Shown here in pieces: positions 43,801-58,423 of a DNA stretch of 64,000 nucleotides. A model generated the notes under the pieces. That model ran no database searches. It was given only the letters and a program-made list of their open reading frames with translations, and was not told where the DNA came from. A program made the position numbers and the translations under genes. Position 1 is the first letter of the stretch. Every line of letters starts with the position of its first letter. This DNA comes from Auanema rhodensis (taxonomy: Eukaryota; Animalia; Nematoda). The stretch spans positions 496,001 to 560,000 of the forward strand of contig CAXKVF010000073.1 in assembly GCA_964057225.1 (NCBI GenBank). Direction: 5' to 3'.

Positions 43801-46800
43801 TTTCACGTGAAGCGAGTTACATACCAAGTGCACATCACGTGTACATTTAATTAGCATAAATTAAAGTTCACGTAAATTTCAAAGTCATGGTTACCATGCA
43901 CCAATATCAATAAAAATTTGTTTTTAGACTAATATGGACATGGGGGATCTAATTTTGAAAACCGCATCTCTTTATCTTTCACGTGAAGCAAGTTACATAC
44001 CAAGTGCACATCACGTGTACATTTAATTAGCATAAATTAAAGTTCACGTAAATTTCAAAGTCATGGTTACCATGAACCAATATCAATAAAAATTTGTTTT
44101 TAGACTAATATGGACATGGGGAATCTAATTTTGAAAACCGCATCTCTTTATCTTTCACGTGAAGCGAGTTACATACCAAGTGCACATCACGTGTACATTT
44201 AATTAGCATAAATTAAAGTTCACGTAAATTTCAAAGTCATGGTTACCATTCACCAATATCAATAAAAATTTGTTTTTAGACTAATATGGACATGGGGAAT
44301 CTAATTTTGAAAACCGCATCTCTTTATCTTTCACGTGAAGCGAGTTACATACCAAGTGCACATCACGTGTAAATTTAATTAGCATAAATTAAAGTTCACG
44401 TAAATTTCAAAGTCATGGTTACCATTCACCAATATCAATAAAAATTTGTTTTTAGACTAATATGGACATGGGGAATCTAATTTTGAAAACCGCATCTCTT
44501 TATCTTTCACGTGAAGCGAGTTACATACCAAGTGCACATCACGTGTACATTTAATTAGCATAAATTAAAGTTCACGTAAATTTCAAAGTCATGGTTACCA
44601 TGCACCAATATCAATAAAATTTTGTTTTTAGACTAATATGGACATGGGGAATCTAATTTTGAAAACCGCATCTCTTTATCTTTCACGTGAAGCGAGTTAC
44701 ATACCAAGTGCACATCACGTGTACATTTAATTAGCATAAATTAAAGTTCACGTAAATTTCAAAGTCATGGTTACCATACACCAATATCAATAAAAATTTG
44801 TTTTTAGACTAATATGGACATGGGGAATCTAATTTTGAAAACCGCATCTCTTTATCTTTCACGTGAAGCGAGTTACATACCAAGTGCACATCACGTGTAC
44901 ATTTAATTAGCATAAATTAAAGTTCACGTAAATTTCAAAGTCATGGTTACCATGCACCAATATCAATAACAATTTGTTTTTAGACTAATATGGACATGGG
45001 GAATCTAATTTTGAAAACCGCATCTCTTTATCTTTCACGTGAAGCGAGTTACATACCAAGTGCACATCACGTGTACATTTAATTAGCATAAATTAAAGTT
45101 CACGTAAATTTCAAAGTCATGGTTACCATGAACCAATATCAATAAAAATTTGTTTTCAGACTAATATGGACATGGGGAATCTAATTTTGAAAACCGCATC
45201 TCTTTATCTTTCACGTGAAGCGAGTTACATACCAAGTGCACATCACGTGTACATTTAATTTGCATAAATTAAAGTTCACGTAAATTTCAAAGTCATGGTT
45301 ACCATGCACCAATATCAATAAAAATTTGTTTTTAGACTAATATGGACATGGGGAATCTAATTTTGAAAACCGCATCTCTTTATCTTTCACGTGAAGCGAG
45401 TTACATACCAAGTGCACATCACGTGTACATTTAATTAGCATAAATTAAAGTTCACGTAAATTTCAAAGTCATAGTTACCATGAACCAATATCAATAAAAA
45501 TTTGTTTTTAGACTAATATGGACATGGGGAATCTAATTTTGAAAACCGCATCTCTTTATCTTTCACGTGAAGCGAGTTACATACCAAGTGCACATCACGT
45601 GTACATTTAATTAGCATAAATTAAAGTTCACGTAAATTTCAAAGTCATGGTTACCATGAAGCAATATCAATAAAAATTTCTTTTAGACTAATATGGACAT
45701 GGGAAATCTAATTTTGAAAACCGCATCTCTTTATCTTTCACGTGAAGCGAGTTACATACCAAGTGCACATCACGTGTACATTTAATTAGCATAAATTAAA
45801 GTTCACGTAAATTTCAAAGTCATGGTTACCATGAACCAATATCAATAAAAATTTGTTTTTAGACTAATATGGACATGGGGAATCTAATTTTGAAAACCGC
45901 ATCTCTTTATCTTTCACGTGAAGCGAGTTACATACCAAGTGCACATCACGTGTACATTTAATTAGCATAAATTAAAGTTCACGTAAATTTCAAAGTCATG
46001 GTTACCATGCACCAATATCAATAAAAATTTGTTTTTAGACTAATATGGACATGGGGGATCTAATTTTGAAAACCGCATCTGTTTATCTTTCACGTGAAGC
46101 GAGTTACATACCAAGTGCACATCACGTGTACATTTAATTAGCATAAATTAAAGTTCACGTAAATTTCAAAGTCATGGTTACCATGAACCAATATCAATAA
46201 AAATTTGTTTTTAGACTAATATGGACATGGGGAATCTAATTTTGAAAACCGCATCTCTTTATCTTTCACGTGAAGCGAGTTACATACCAAGTGCACATCA
46301 CGTGTACATTTAATTAGCATAAATTAAAGTTCACGTAAATTTCAAAGTCATGGTTACCATGAACCAATATCAATAAAAATTTGTTTTTAGACTAATATGG
46401 ACATGGGAAATCTAATTTTGAAAACCGCATCTCTTTATCTTTCACGTGAAGCGAGTTACATACCAAGTGCACATCACGTGTACATTTAATTAGCATAAAT
46501 TAAAGTTCACGTAAATTTCAAAGTCATGGTTACCATGAACCAATATCAATAAAAATTTGTTTTTAGACTAATATGGACATGGGGGATCTAATTTTGAAAA
46601 CCGCATCTCTTTATCTTTCACGTGAAGCAAGTTACATACCAAGTGCACATCACGTGTACATTTAATTAGCATAAATTAAAGTTCACGTAAATTTCAAAGT
46701 CATGGTTACCATGAACCAATATCAATAAAAATTTGTTTTTAGACTAATATGGACATGGGGAATCTAATTTTGAAAACCGCATCTCTTTATCTTTCACGTG

Positions 46801-48042
46801 AAGCGAGTTACATACCAAGTGCACATCACGTGTACATTTAATTAGCATAAATTAAAGTTCACGTAAATTTCAAAGTCATGGTTACCATGAACCAATATTA
46901 ATAAAAATTTGTTTTTAGACTAATATGGACATGGGGAATCTAATTTTGAAAACCGCATCTCTTTATCTTTCACGTGAAGCGAGTTACATACCAAGTGCAC
47001 ATCACGTGTACATTTAATTAGCATAAATTAAAGTTCACGTAAATTTCAAAGTCATGGTTACCATGCACCAATATCAATAAAAATTTGTTTTTAGACTAAT
47101 ATGGACATGGGGAATCTAATTTTGAAAACCGCATCTCTTCATCTTTCACGTGAAGCGAGTTACATACCAAGTGCACATCACGTGTACATTTAATTAGCAT
47201 AAATTAAAGTTCACGTAAATTTCAAAGTCATGGTTACCATTCACCAATATCAATAAAAATTTGTTTTTAGACTAATATGGACATGGGGAATCTAATTTTG
47301 AAAACCGCATCTCTTTATCTTTCACGTGAAGCGAGTTACATACCAAGTGCACATCACGTGTACATTTAATTAGCATAAATTAAAGTTCACGTAAATTTCA
47401 AAGTCATGGTTACCATGAACCAATATCAATAAAAATTTGTTTTTAGACTAATATGGACATGGGGAATCTAATTTTGAAAACCGCATCTCTTTATCTTTCC
47501 GTGAAGCGAGTTACATACCAAGTGCACATCACGTGTACATTTAATTAGCATAAATTAAAGTTCACGTAAATTTCAAAGTCATGGTTACCATGCACCAATA
47601 TCAATAAAATTTTGTTTTTAGACTAATATGGACATGGGGAATCTAATTTTGAAAACCGCATCTCTTTATCTTTCACGTGAAGCGAGTTACATACCAAGTG
47701 CACATCACGTGTACATTTAATTAGCATAAATTAAAGTTCACGTAAATTTCAAAGTCATGGTTACCATGCACCAATATCAATAAAATTTTGTTTTTAGACT
47801 AATATGGACATGGGGAATCTAATTTTGAAAACAGCATCTCTTCATCTTTCACGTGAAGCGAGTTACATACCAAGTGCACATCACGTGTACATTTAATTAG
47901 CATAAATTAAAGTTCACGTAAATTTCAAAGTCATGGTTACCATGCACCAATATCAATAAAAATTTGTTTTTAGACTAATATGGACATGGGGAATCTAATT
48001 TTGAAAACCGCATCTCTTTATCTTTCACGTGAAGCGAGTTAC

Positions 48043-49802
48043 ATACCAAGTGCACATCACGTGTACATTTAATTAGCATAAATTAAAGTTCACGTAAATT
48101 TCAAAGTCATGGTTACCATGAACCAATATCAATAAAAATTTGTTTTTAGACTAATATGGACATGGGGAATCTAATTTTGAAAATCGCATCTCTTTATCTT
48201 TCACGTGAAGCGAGTTACATACCAAGTGCACATCACGTGTACATTTAATTAGCATAAATTAAAGTTCACGTAAATTTCAAAGTCATGGTTACCATGAACC
48301 AATATCAATAAAAATTTGTTTTTAGACTAATATGGACATGGGGAATCTAATTTTGAAAACCGCATCTCTTTATCTTTCACGTGAAGCGAGTTACATACCA
48401 AGTGCACATCACGTGTACATTTAATTAGCATAAATTAAAGTTCACGTAAATTTCAAAGTCATGGTTACCATGAACCAATATCAATAAAAATTTGTTTTTA
48501 GACTAATATGGACATGGGGAATCTAATTTTGAAAACCGCATCTCTTTATCTTTCACGTGAAGCGAGTTACATACCAAGTGCACATCACGTGTAAATTTAA
48601 TTAGCATAAATTAAAGTTCACGTAAATTTCAAAGTCATGGTTACCATGAACCAATATCAATAAAAGTTTGTTTTTAGACTAATATGGACATGGGGAATCA
48701 AATTTTGAAAACCGCATCTCTTTATCTTTCACGTGAAGCGAGTTACATACCAAGTGCACATCACGTGTACATTTAATTAGCATAAATTAAAGTTCACGTA
48801 AATTTCAAAGTCATGGTTATCATGAAACAATATCAATAAAAATTTGTTTTTAGACTAATATGGACATGGGGAATCTAATTTTGAAAACCGCATCTCTTTA
48901 TCTTTCACGTGAAGCGAGTTACATACCAAGTGCACATCACGTGTACATTTAATTAGCATGAATTAAAGTTCACGTAAATTTCAAAGTCATGGTTACCATG
49001 AACCAATATCAATAAAAATTTGTTTTTAGACTAATATGGACATGGGGAATCTAATTTTGAAAATCGCATCTCTTTATCTTTCACGTGAAGCGAGTTACAT
49101 ACCAAGTGCACATCACGTGTACATTTAATTAGCATAAATTAAAGTTCACGTAAATTTCAAAGTCATGGTTACCATGAACCAATATCAATAAAAATTTGTT
49201 TTTAGACTAATATGGACATGGGGAATCTAATTTTGAAAACCGCATCTCTTTATCTTTCACGTGAAGCGAGTTACATACCAAGTGCACATCACGTGTACAT
49301 TTAATTAGCATAAATTAAAGTTCACGTAAATTTCAAAGTCATGGTTACCATGAACCAATATCAATAAAAATTTGTTTTTAGACTAATATGGACATGGGGA
49401 ATCTAATTTTGAAAACCGCATCTCTTTATCTTTCACGTGAAGCGAGTTACATACCAAGTGCACATCACGTGTAAATTTAATTAGCATAAATTAAAGTTCA
49501 CGTAAATTTCAAAGTCATGGTTACCATGAACCAATATCAATAAAAGTTTGTTTTTAGACTAATATGGACATGGGGAATCAAATTTTGAAAACCGCATCTC
49601 TTTATCTTTCACGTGAAGCGAGTTACATACCAAGTGCACATCACGTGTACATTTAATTAGCATAAATTAAAGTTCACGTAAATTTCAAAGTCATGGTTAT
49701 CATGAAACAATATCAATAAAAATTTGTTTTTAGACTAATATGGACATGGGGAATCTAATTTTGAAAACCGCATCTCTTTATCTTTCACGTGAAGCGAGTT
49801 AC
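48043..49802. repeat. 5-mer (880 bp) tandem repeat at the junction of the 14-kb duplication
   Basis: The order 142T, consensus, consensus, 24A+96G+130A, 74T+81A occurs twice. The two copies differ only at 38G. Confidence 0.78.
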
Positions 49803-52800
49803 ATACCAAGTGCACATCACGTGTACATTTAATTAGCATAAATTAAAGTTCACGTAAATTTCAAAGTCATGGTTACCATGCACCAATATCAATAAAAATT
49901 TGTTTTGAGACTAATATGGACATGGGGAATCTAATTTTGAAAACCGCATCTCTTTATCTTTCACGTGAAGCGAGTTACATACCAAGTGCACATCACGTGT
50001 AAATTTAATTAGCATAAATTAAAGTTCACGTAAATTTCAAAGTCATGGTTACCATGAACCAATATCAATAAAAGTTTGTTTTTAGACTAATATGGACATG
50101 GGGAATCAAATTTTGAAAACCGCATCTCTTTATCTTTCACGTGAAGCGAGTTACATACCAAGTGCACATCACGTGTACATTTAATTAGCATAAATTAAAG
50201 TTCACGTAAATTTCAAAGTCATGGTTACCATGAACCAATATCAATAAAAATTTGTTTTTAGACTAATATGGACATGGGGAATCTAATTTTGAAAACCGCA
50301 TCTCTTTATCTTTCACGTGAAGCGAGTTACATACCAAGTGCACATCACGTGTAAATTTAATTAGCATAAATTAAAGTTCACGTAAATTTCAAAGTCATGG
50401 TTACCATGAACCAATATCAATAAAAGTTTGTTTTTAGACTAATATGGACATGGGGAATCAAATTTTGAAAACCGCATCTCTTTATCTTTCACGTGAAGCG
50501 AGTTACATACCAAGTGCACATCACGTGTACATTTAATTAGCATAAATTAAAGTTCACGTAAATTTCAAAGTCATGGTTATCATGAAACAATATCAATAAA
50601 AATTTGTTTTTAGACTAATATGGACATGGGGAATCTAATTTTGAAAACCGCATCTCTTTATCTTTCACGTGAAGCGAGTTACATACCAAGTGCACATCAC
50701 GTGTACATTTAATTAGCATGAATTAAAGTTCACGTAAATTTCAAAGTCATGGTTACCATGCACCAATATCAATAAAAATTTGTTTTTAGACTAATATGGA
50801 CATGGGGAATCTAATTTAGAATACCGCATCTCTTTATCTTTCACGTGAAGCGAGTTACATACCAAGTGCACATCACGTGTACATTTAATTAGCATAAATT
50901 AAAGTTCACGTAAATTTCAAAGTCATGGTTACCATGCACCAATATCAATAAAAATTTGTTTTTAGACTAATATGGACATGGGGAATCTAATTTTGAAAAC
51001 CGCATCTCTTTATCTTTCACGTGAAGCGAGTTACATACCAAGTGCACATCACGTGTACATTTAATTAGCATGAATTAAAGTTCACGTAAATTTCAAAGTC
51101 ATGGTTACCATGAACCAATATCAATAAAAATTTGTTTTTAGACTAATATGGACATGGGGAATCTAATTTTGAAAACCGCATCTCTTTATCTTTCACGTGA
51201 AGCGAGTTACATACCAAGTGCACATCACGTGTACATTTAATTAGCATAAATTAAAGTTCACGTAAATTTCAAAGTCATGGTTACCATGAACCAATATCAA
51301 TAAAAATTTGTTTTTAGACTAATATGGGCATGGGGAATCTAATTTTGAAAACCGCATCTCTTTATCTTTCACGTGAAGCGAGTTACATACCAAGTGCACA
51401 TCACGTGTACATTTAATTAGCATAAATTAAAGTTCACGTAAATTTCAAAGTCATGGTTACCATGCACCAATATCAATAAAAATTTGTTTTTAGACTAATA
51501 TGGACATGGGGAATCTAATTTTGAAAACCGCATCTCTTTATCTTTCACGTGAAGCGAGTTACATACCAAGTGCACATCACGTGTAAATTTAATTAGCATA
51601 AATTAAAGTTCACGTAAATTTCAAAGTCATGGTTACCATGCACCAATATCAATAAAAATTTGTTTTTAGACTAATATGGACATGGGGAATCAAATTGTGA
51701 AAACCGCATCTCTTTATCTTTCACGTGAAGCGAGTTACATACCAAGTGCACATCACGTGTAAATTTAATTAGCATAAATTAAAGTTCACGTAAATTTCAA
51801 AGTCATGGTTACCATGAACCAATATTAATAAAAATTTGTTTTTAGACTAATATGGACATGGGGAATCTAATTTTGAAAACCGCATCTCTTCATCTTTCAC
51901 GTGAAGCGAGTTACATACCAAGTGCACATCACGTGTACATTTAATTAGCATAAATTAAAGTTCACGTAAATTTCAAAGTCATGGTTACCATGAACCAATA
52001 TCAATAAAAATTTGTTTTTAGACTAATATGGACATGGGGAATCTAATTTTGAAAACCGCATCTCTTTATCTTTCCGTGAAGCGAGTTACATACCAAGTGC
52101 ACATCACGTGTACATTTAATTAGCATAAATTAAAGTTCACGTAAATTTCAAAGTCATGGTTACCATGCACCAATATCAATAAAATTTTGTTTTTAGACTA
52201 ATATGGACATGGGGAATCTGATTTTGAAAACCGCATCTCTTTATCTTTCACGTGAAGCGAGTTACATACCAAGTGCACATCACGTGTACATTTAATTAGC
52301 ATAAATTAAAGTTCACGTAAATTTCAAAGTCATGGTTACCATGCACCAATATCAATAAAATTTTGTTTTTAGACTAATATGGACATGGGGAATCTAATTT
52401 TGAAAACAGCATCTCTTCATCTTTCACGTGAAGCGAGTTACATACCAAGTGCACATCACGTGTACATTTAATTAGCATAAATTAAAGTTCACGTAAATTT
52501 CAAAGTCATGGTTACCATGCACCAATATCAATAAAAATTTGTTTTTAGACTAATATGGACATGGGGAATCTAATTTTGAAAACCGCATCTCTTTATCTTT
52601 CACGTGAAGCGAGTTACATACCAAGTGCACATCACGTGTACATTTAATTAGCATAAATTAAAGTTCACGTAAATTTCAAAGTCATGGTTACCATGCACCA
52701 ATATCAATAAAAATTTGTTTTTAGACTAATATGGACATGGGGAATCTAATTTTGAAAACCGCATCTCTTTATCTTTCACGTGAAGCGAGTTACATACCAA

Positions 52801-55800
52801 GTGCACATCACGTGTACATTTAATTAGCATAAATTAAAGTTCACGTAAATTTCAAAGTCATGGTTACCATACACCAATATCAATAAAAATTTGTTTTTAG
52901 ACTAATATGGACATGGGGAATCTAATTTTGAAAACCGCATCTCTTTATCTTTCACGTGAAGCGAGTTACATACCAAGTGCACATCACGTGTACATTTAAT
53001 TAGCATAAATTAAAGTTCACGTAAATTTCAAAGTCATGGTTACCATGCACCAATATCAATAAAAATTTGTTTTTAGACTAATATGGACATGGGGAATCTA
53101 ATTTTGAAAACCGCATCTCTTTATCTTTCACGTGAAGCGAGTTACATACCAAGTGCACATCACGTGTACATTTAATTAGCATAAATTAAAGTTCACGTAA
53201 ATTTCAAAGTCATGGTTACCATGAACCAATATCAATAAAAATTTGTTTTCAGACTAATATGGACATGGGGAATCTAATTTTGAAAACCGCATCTCTTTAT
53301 CTTTCACGTGAAGCGAGTTACATACCAAGTGCACATCACGTGTACATTTAATTAGCATAAATTAAAGTTCACGTAAATTTCAAAGTCATGGTTACCATGA
53401 ACCAATATCAATAAAAATTTGTTTTTAGACTAATATGGACATGGGGAATCTAATTTTGAAAACCGCATCTCTTCATCTTTCACGTGAAGCGAGTTACATA
53501 CCAAGTGCACATCACGTGTACATTTAATTAGCATAAATTAAAGTTCACGTAAATTTCAAAGTCATGGTTACCATGAACCAATATCAATAAAAATTTGTTT
53601 TTAGACTAATATGGACATGGGGAATCTAATTTTGAAAACCGCATCTCTTTATCTTTCACGTGAAGCGAGTTACATACCAAGTGCACATCACGTGTACATT
53701 TAATTAGCATAAATTAAAGTTCACGTAAATTTCAAAGTCATGGTTACCATGAACCAATATCAATAAAAATTTGTTTTTAGACTAATATGGACATGGGGAA
53801 TCTAATTTTGAAAACCGCATCTCTTTATCTTTCACGTGAAGCGAGTTACATACCAAGTGCACATCACGTGTACATTTAATTAGCATAAATTAAAGTTCAC
53901 GTAAATTTCAAAGTCATGGTTACCATGAACCAATATCAATAAAAATTTGTTTTTAGACTAATATGGACATGGGGAATCTAATTTTGAAAACCGCATCTCT
54001 TTATCTTTCACGTGAAGCGAGTTACATACCAAGTGCACATCACGTGTACATTTAATTAGCATAAATTAAAGTTCACGTAAATTTCAAAGTCATAGTTACC
54101 ATGAACCAATATCAATAAAAATTTGTTTTTAGACTAATATGGACATGGGGAATCTAATTTTGAAAACCGCATCTCTTTATCTTTCACGTGAAGCGAGTTA
54201 CATACCAAGTGCACATCACGTGTACATTTAATTAGCATAAATTAAAGTTCACGTAAATTTCAAAGTCATGGTTACCATGAAGCAATATCAATAAAAATTT
54301 CTTTTAGACTAATATGGACATGGGAAATCTAATTTTGAAAACCGCATCTCTTTATCTTTCACGTGAAGCGAGTTACATACCAAGTGCACATCACGTGTAC
54401 ATTTAATTAGCATAAATTAAAGTTCACGTAAATTTCAAAGTCATGGTTACCATGAACCAATATCAATAAAAATTTGTTTTTAGACTAATATGGACATGGG
54501 GAATCTAATTTTGAAAACCGCATCTCTTTATCTTTCACGTGAAGCGAGTTACATACCAAGTGCACATCACGTGTACATTTAATTAGCATAAATTAAAGTT
54601 CACGTAAATTTCAAAGTCATGGTTACCATGCACCAATATCAATAAAAATTTGTTTTTAGACTAATATGGACATGGGGGATCTAATTTTGAAAACCGCATC
54701 TGTTTATCTTTCACGTGAAGCGAGTTACATACCAAGTGCACATCACGTGTACATTTAATTAGCATAAATTAAAGTTCACGTAAATTTCAAAGTCATGGTT
54801 ACCATGAACCAATATCAATAAAAATTTGTTTTTAGACTAATATGGACATGGGGAATCTAATTTTGAGAACCGCATCTCTTTATCTTTCACGTGAAGCGAG
54901 TTACATACCAAGTGCACATCACGTGTACATTTAATTAGCATAAATTAAAGTTCACGTAAATTTCAAAGTCATGGTTACCATGAACCAATATCAATAAAAA
55001 TTTGTTTTTAGACTAATATGGACATGGGAAATCTAATTTTGAAAACCGCATCTCTTTATCTTTCACGTGAAGCGAGTTACATACCAAGTGCACATCACGT
55101 GTACATTTAATTAGCATAAATTAAAGTTCACGTAAATTTCAAAGTCATGGTTACCATGAAGCAATATCAATAAAAATTTGTTTTTAGACTAATATGGACA
55201 TGGGGAATCTAATTTTGAAAACCGCATCTCTTTATCTTTCACGTGAAGCGAGTTACATACCAAGTGCACATCACGTGTACATTTAATTAGCATAAATTAA
55301 AGTTCACGTAAATTTCAAAGTCATGGTTACCATGCACCAATATCAATAAAAATTTGTTTTTAGACTAATATGGACATGGGGGATCTAATTTTGAAAACCG
55401 CATCTCTTTATCTTTCACGTGAAGCAAGTTACATACCAAGTGCACATCACGTGTACATTTAATTAGCATAAATTAAAGTTCACGTAAATTTCAAAGTCAT
55501 GGTTACCATGAACCAATATCAATAAAAATTTGTTTTTAGACTAATATGGACATGGGGAATCTAATTTTGAAAACCGCATCTCTTTATCTTTCACGTGAAG
55601 CGAGTTACATACCAAGTGCACATCACGTGTACATTTAATTAGCATAAATTAAAGTTCACGTAAATTTCAAAGTCATGGTTACCATGAACCAATATTAATA
55701 AAAATTTGTTTTTAGACTAATATGGACATGGGGAATCTAATTTTGAAAACCGCATCTCTTTATCTTTCACGTGAAGCGAGTTACATACCAAGTGCACATC

Positions 55801-58423
55801 ACGTGTACATTTAATTAGCATAAATTAAAGTTCACGTAAATTTCAAAGTCATGGTTACCATGCACCAATATCAATAAAAATTTGTTTTTAGACTAATATG
55901 GACATGGGGAATCTAATTTTGAAAACCGCATCTCTTCATCTTTCACGTGAAGCGAGTTACATACCAAGTGCACATCACGTGTACATTTAATTAGCATAAA
56001 TTAAAGTTCACGTAAATTTCAAAGTCATGGTTACCATTCACCAATATCAATAAAAATTTGTTTTTAGACTAATATGGACATGGGGAATCTAATTTTGAAA
56101 ACCGCATCTCTTTCTCTTTCACGTGAAGCGAGTTACATACCAAGTGCACATCACGTGTACATTTAATTAGCATAAATTAAAGTTCACGTAAATTTCAAAG
56201 TCATGGTTACCATGAACCAATATCAATAAAAATTTGTTTTTAGACTAATATGGACATGGGGAATCTAATTTTGAAAACCGCATCTCTTTATCTTTCCGTG
56301 AAGCGAGTTACATACCAAGTGCACATCACGTGTACATTTAATTAGCATAAATTAAAGTTCACGTAAATTTCAAAGTCATGGTTACCATGCACCAATATCA
56401 ATAAAATTTTGTTTTTAGACTAATATGGACATGGGGAATCTAATTTTGAAAACCGCATCTCTTTATCTTTCACGTGAAGCGAGTTACATACCAAGTGCAC
56501 ATCACGTGTACATTTAATTAGCATAAATTAAAGTTCACGTAAATTTCAAAGTCATGGTTACCATGCACCAATATCAATAAAATTTTGTTTTTAGACTAAT
56601 ATGGACATGGGGAATCTAATTTTGAAAACAGCATCTCTTCATCTTTCACGTGAAGCGAGTTACATACCAAGTGCACATCACGTGTACATTTAATTAGCAT
56701 AAATTAAAGTTCACGTAAATTTCAAAGTCATGGTTACCATGCACCAATATCAATAAAAATTTGTTTTTAGACTAATATGGACATGGGGAATCTAATTTTG
56801 AAAACCGCATCTCTTTATCTTTCACGTGAAGCGAGTTACATACCAAGTGCACATCACGTGTACATTTAATTAGCATAAATTAAAGTTCACGTAAATTTCA
56901 AAGTCATGGTTACCATGCACCAATATCAATAAAAATTTGTTTTTAGACTAATATGGACATGGGGAATCTAATTTTGAAAACCGCATCTCTTTATCTTTCA
57001 CGTGAAGCGAGTTACATACCAAGTGCACATCACGTGTACATTTAATTAGCATAAATTAAAGTTCACGTAAATTTCAAAGTCATGGTTACCATACACCAAT
57101 ATCAATAAAAATTTGTTTTTAGACTAATATGGACATGGGGAATCTAATTTTGAAAACCGCATCTCTTTATCTTTCACGTGAAGCGAGTTACATACCAAGT
57201 GCACATCACGTGTACATTTAATTAGCATAAATTAAAGTTCACGTAAATTTCAAAGTCATGGTTACCATGCACCAATATCAATAAAAATTTGTTTTTAGAC
57301 TAATATGGACATGGGGAATCTAATTTTGAAAACCGCATCTCTTTATCTTTCACGTGAAGCGAGTTACATACCAAGTGCACATCACGTGTACATTTAATTA
57401 GCATAAATTAAAGTTCACGTAAATTTCAAAGTCATGGTTACCATGAACCAATATCAATAAAAATTTGTTTTCAGACTAATATGGACATGGGGAATCTAAT
57501 TTTGAAAACCGCATCTCTTTATCTTTCACGTGAAGCGAGTTACATACCAAGTGCACATCACGTGTACATTTAATTAGCATAAATTAAAGTTCACGTAAAT
57601 TTCAAAGTCATGGTTACCATGCACCAATATCAATAAAAATTTGTTTTTAGACTAATATGGAAATGGGGAATCTAATTTTGAAAACCGCATCTCTTCATCT
57701 TTCACGTGAAGCGAGTTACATACCAAGTGCACATCACGTGTACATTTAATTAGCATAAATTAAAGTTCACGTAAATTTCAAAGTCATGGTTACCATGCAC
57801 CAATATCAATAAAAATTTGTTTTTAGACTAATATGGACATGGGGGATCTAATTTTGAAAACCGCATCTCTTTATCTTTCACGTGAAGCAAGTTACATACC
57901 AAGTGCACATCACGTGTACATTTAATTAGCATAAATTAAAGTTCACGTAAATTTCAAAGTCATGGTTACCATGAACCAATATCAATAAAAATTTGTTTTT
58001 AGACTAATATGGACATGGGGAATCTAATTTTGAAAACCGCATCTCTTTATCTTTCACGTGAAGCGAGTTACATACCAAGTGCACATCACGTGTACATTTA
58101 ATTAGCATAAATTAAAGTTCACGTAAATTTCAAAGTCATGGTTACCATTCACCAATATCAATAAAAATTTGTTTTTAGACTAATATGGACATGGGGAATC
58201 TAATTTTGAAAACCGCATCTCTTTATCTTTCACGTGAAGCGAGTTACATACCAAGTGCACATCACGTGTAAATTTAATTAGCATAAATTAAAGTTCACGT
58301 AAATTTCAAAGTCATGGTTACCATTCACCAATATCAATAAAAATTTGTTTTTAGACTAATATGGACATGGGGAATCTAATTTTGAAAACCGCATCTCTTT
58401 ATCTTTCACGTGAAGCGAGTTAC

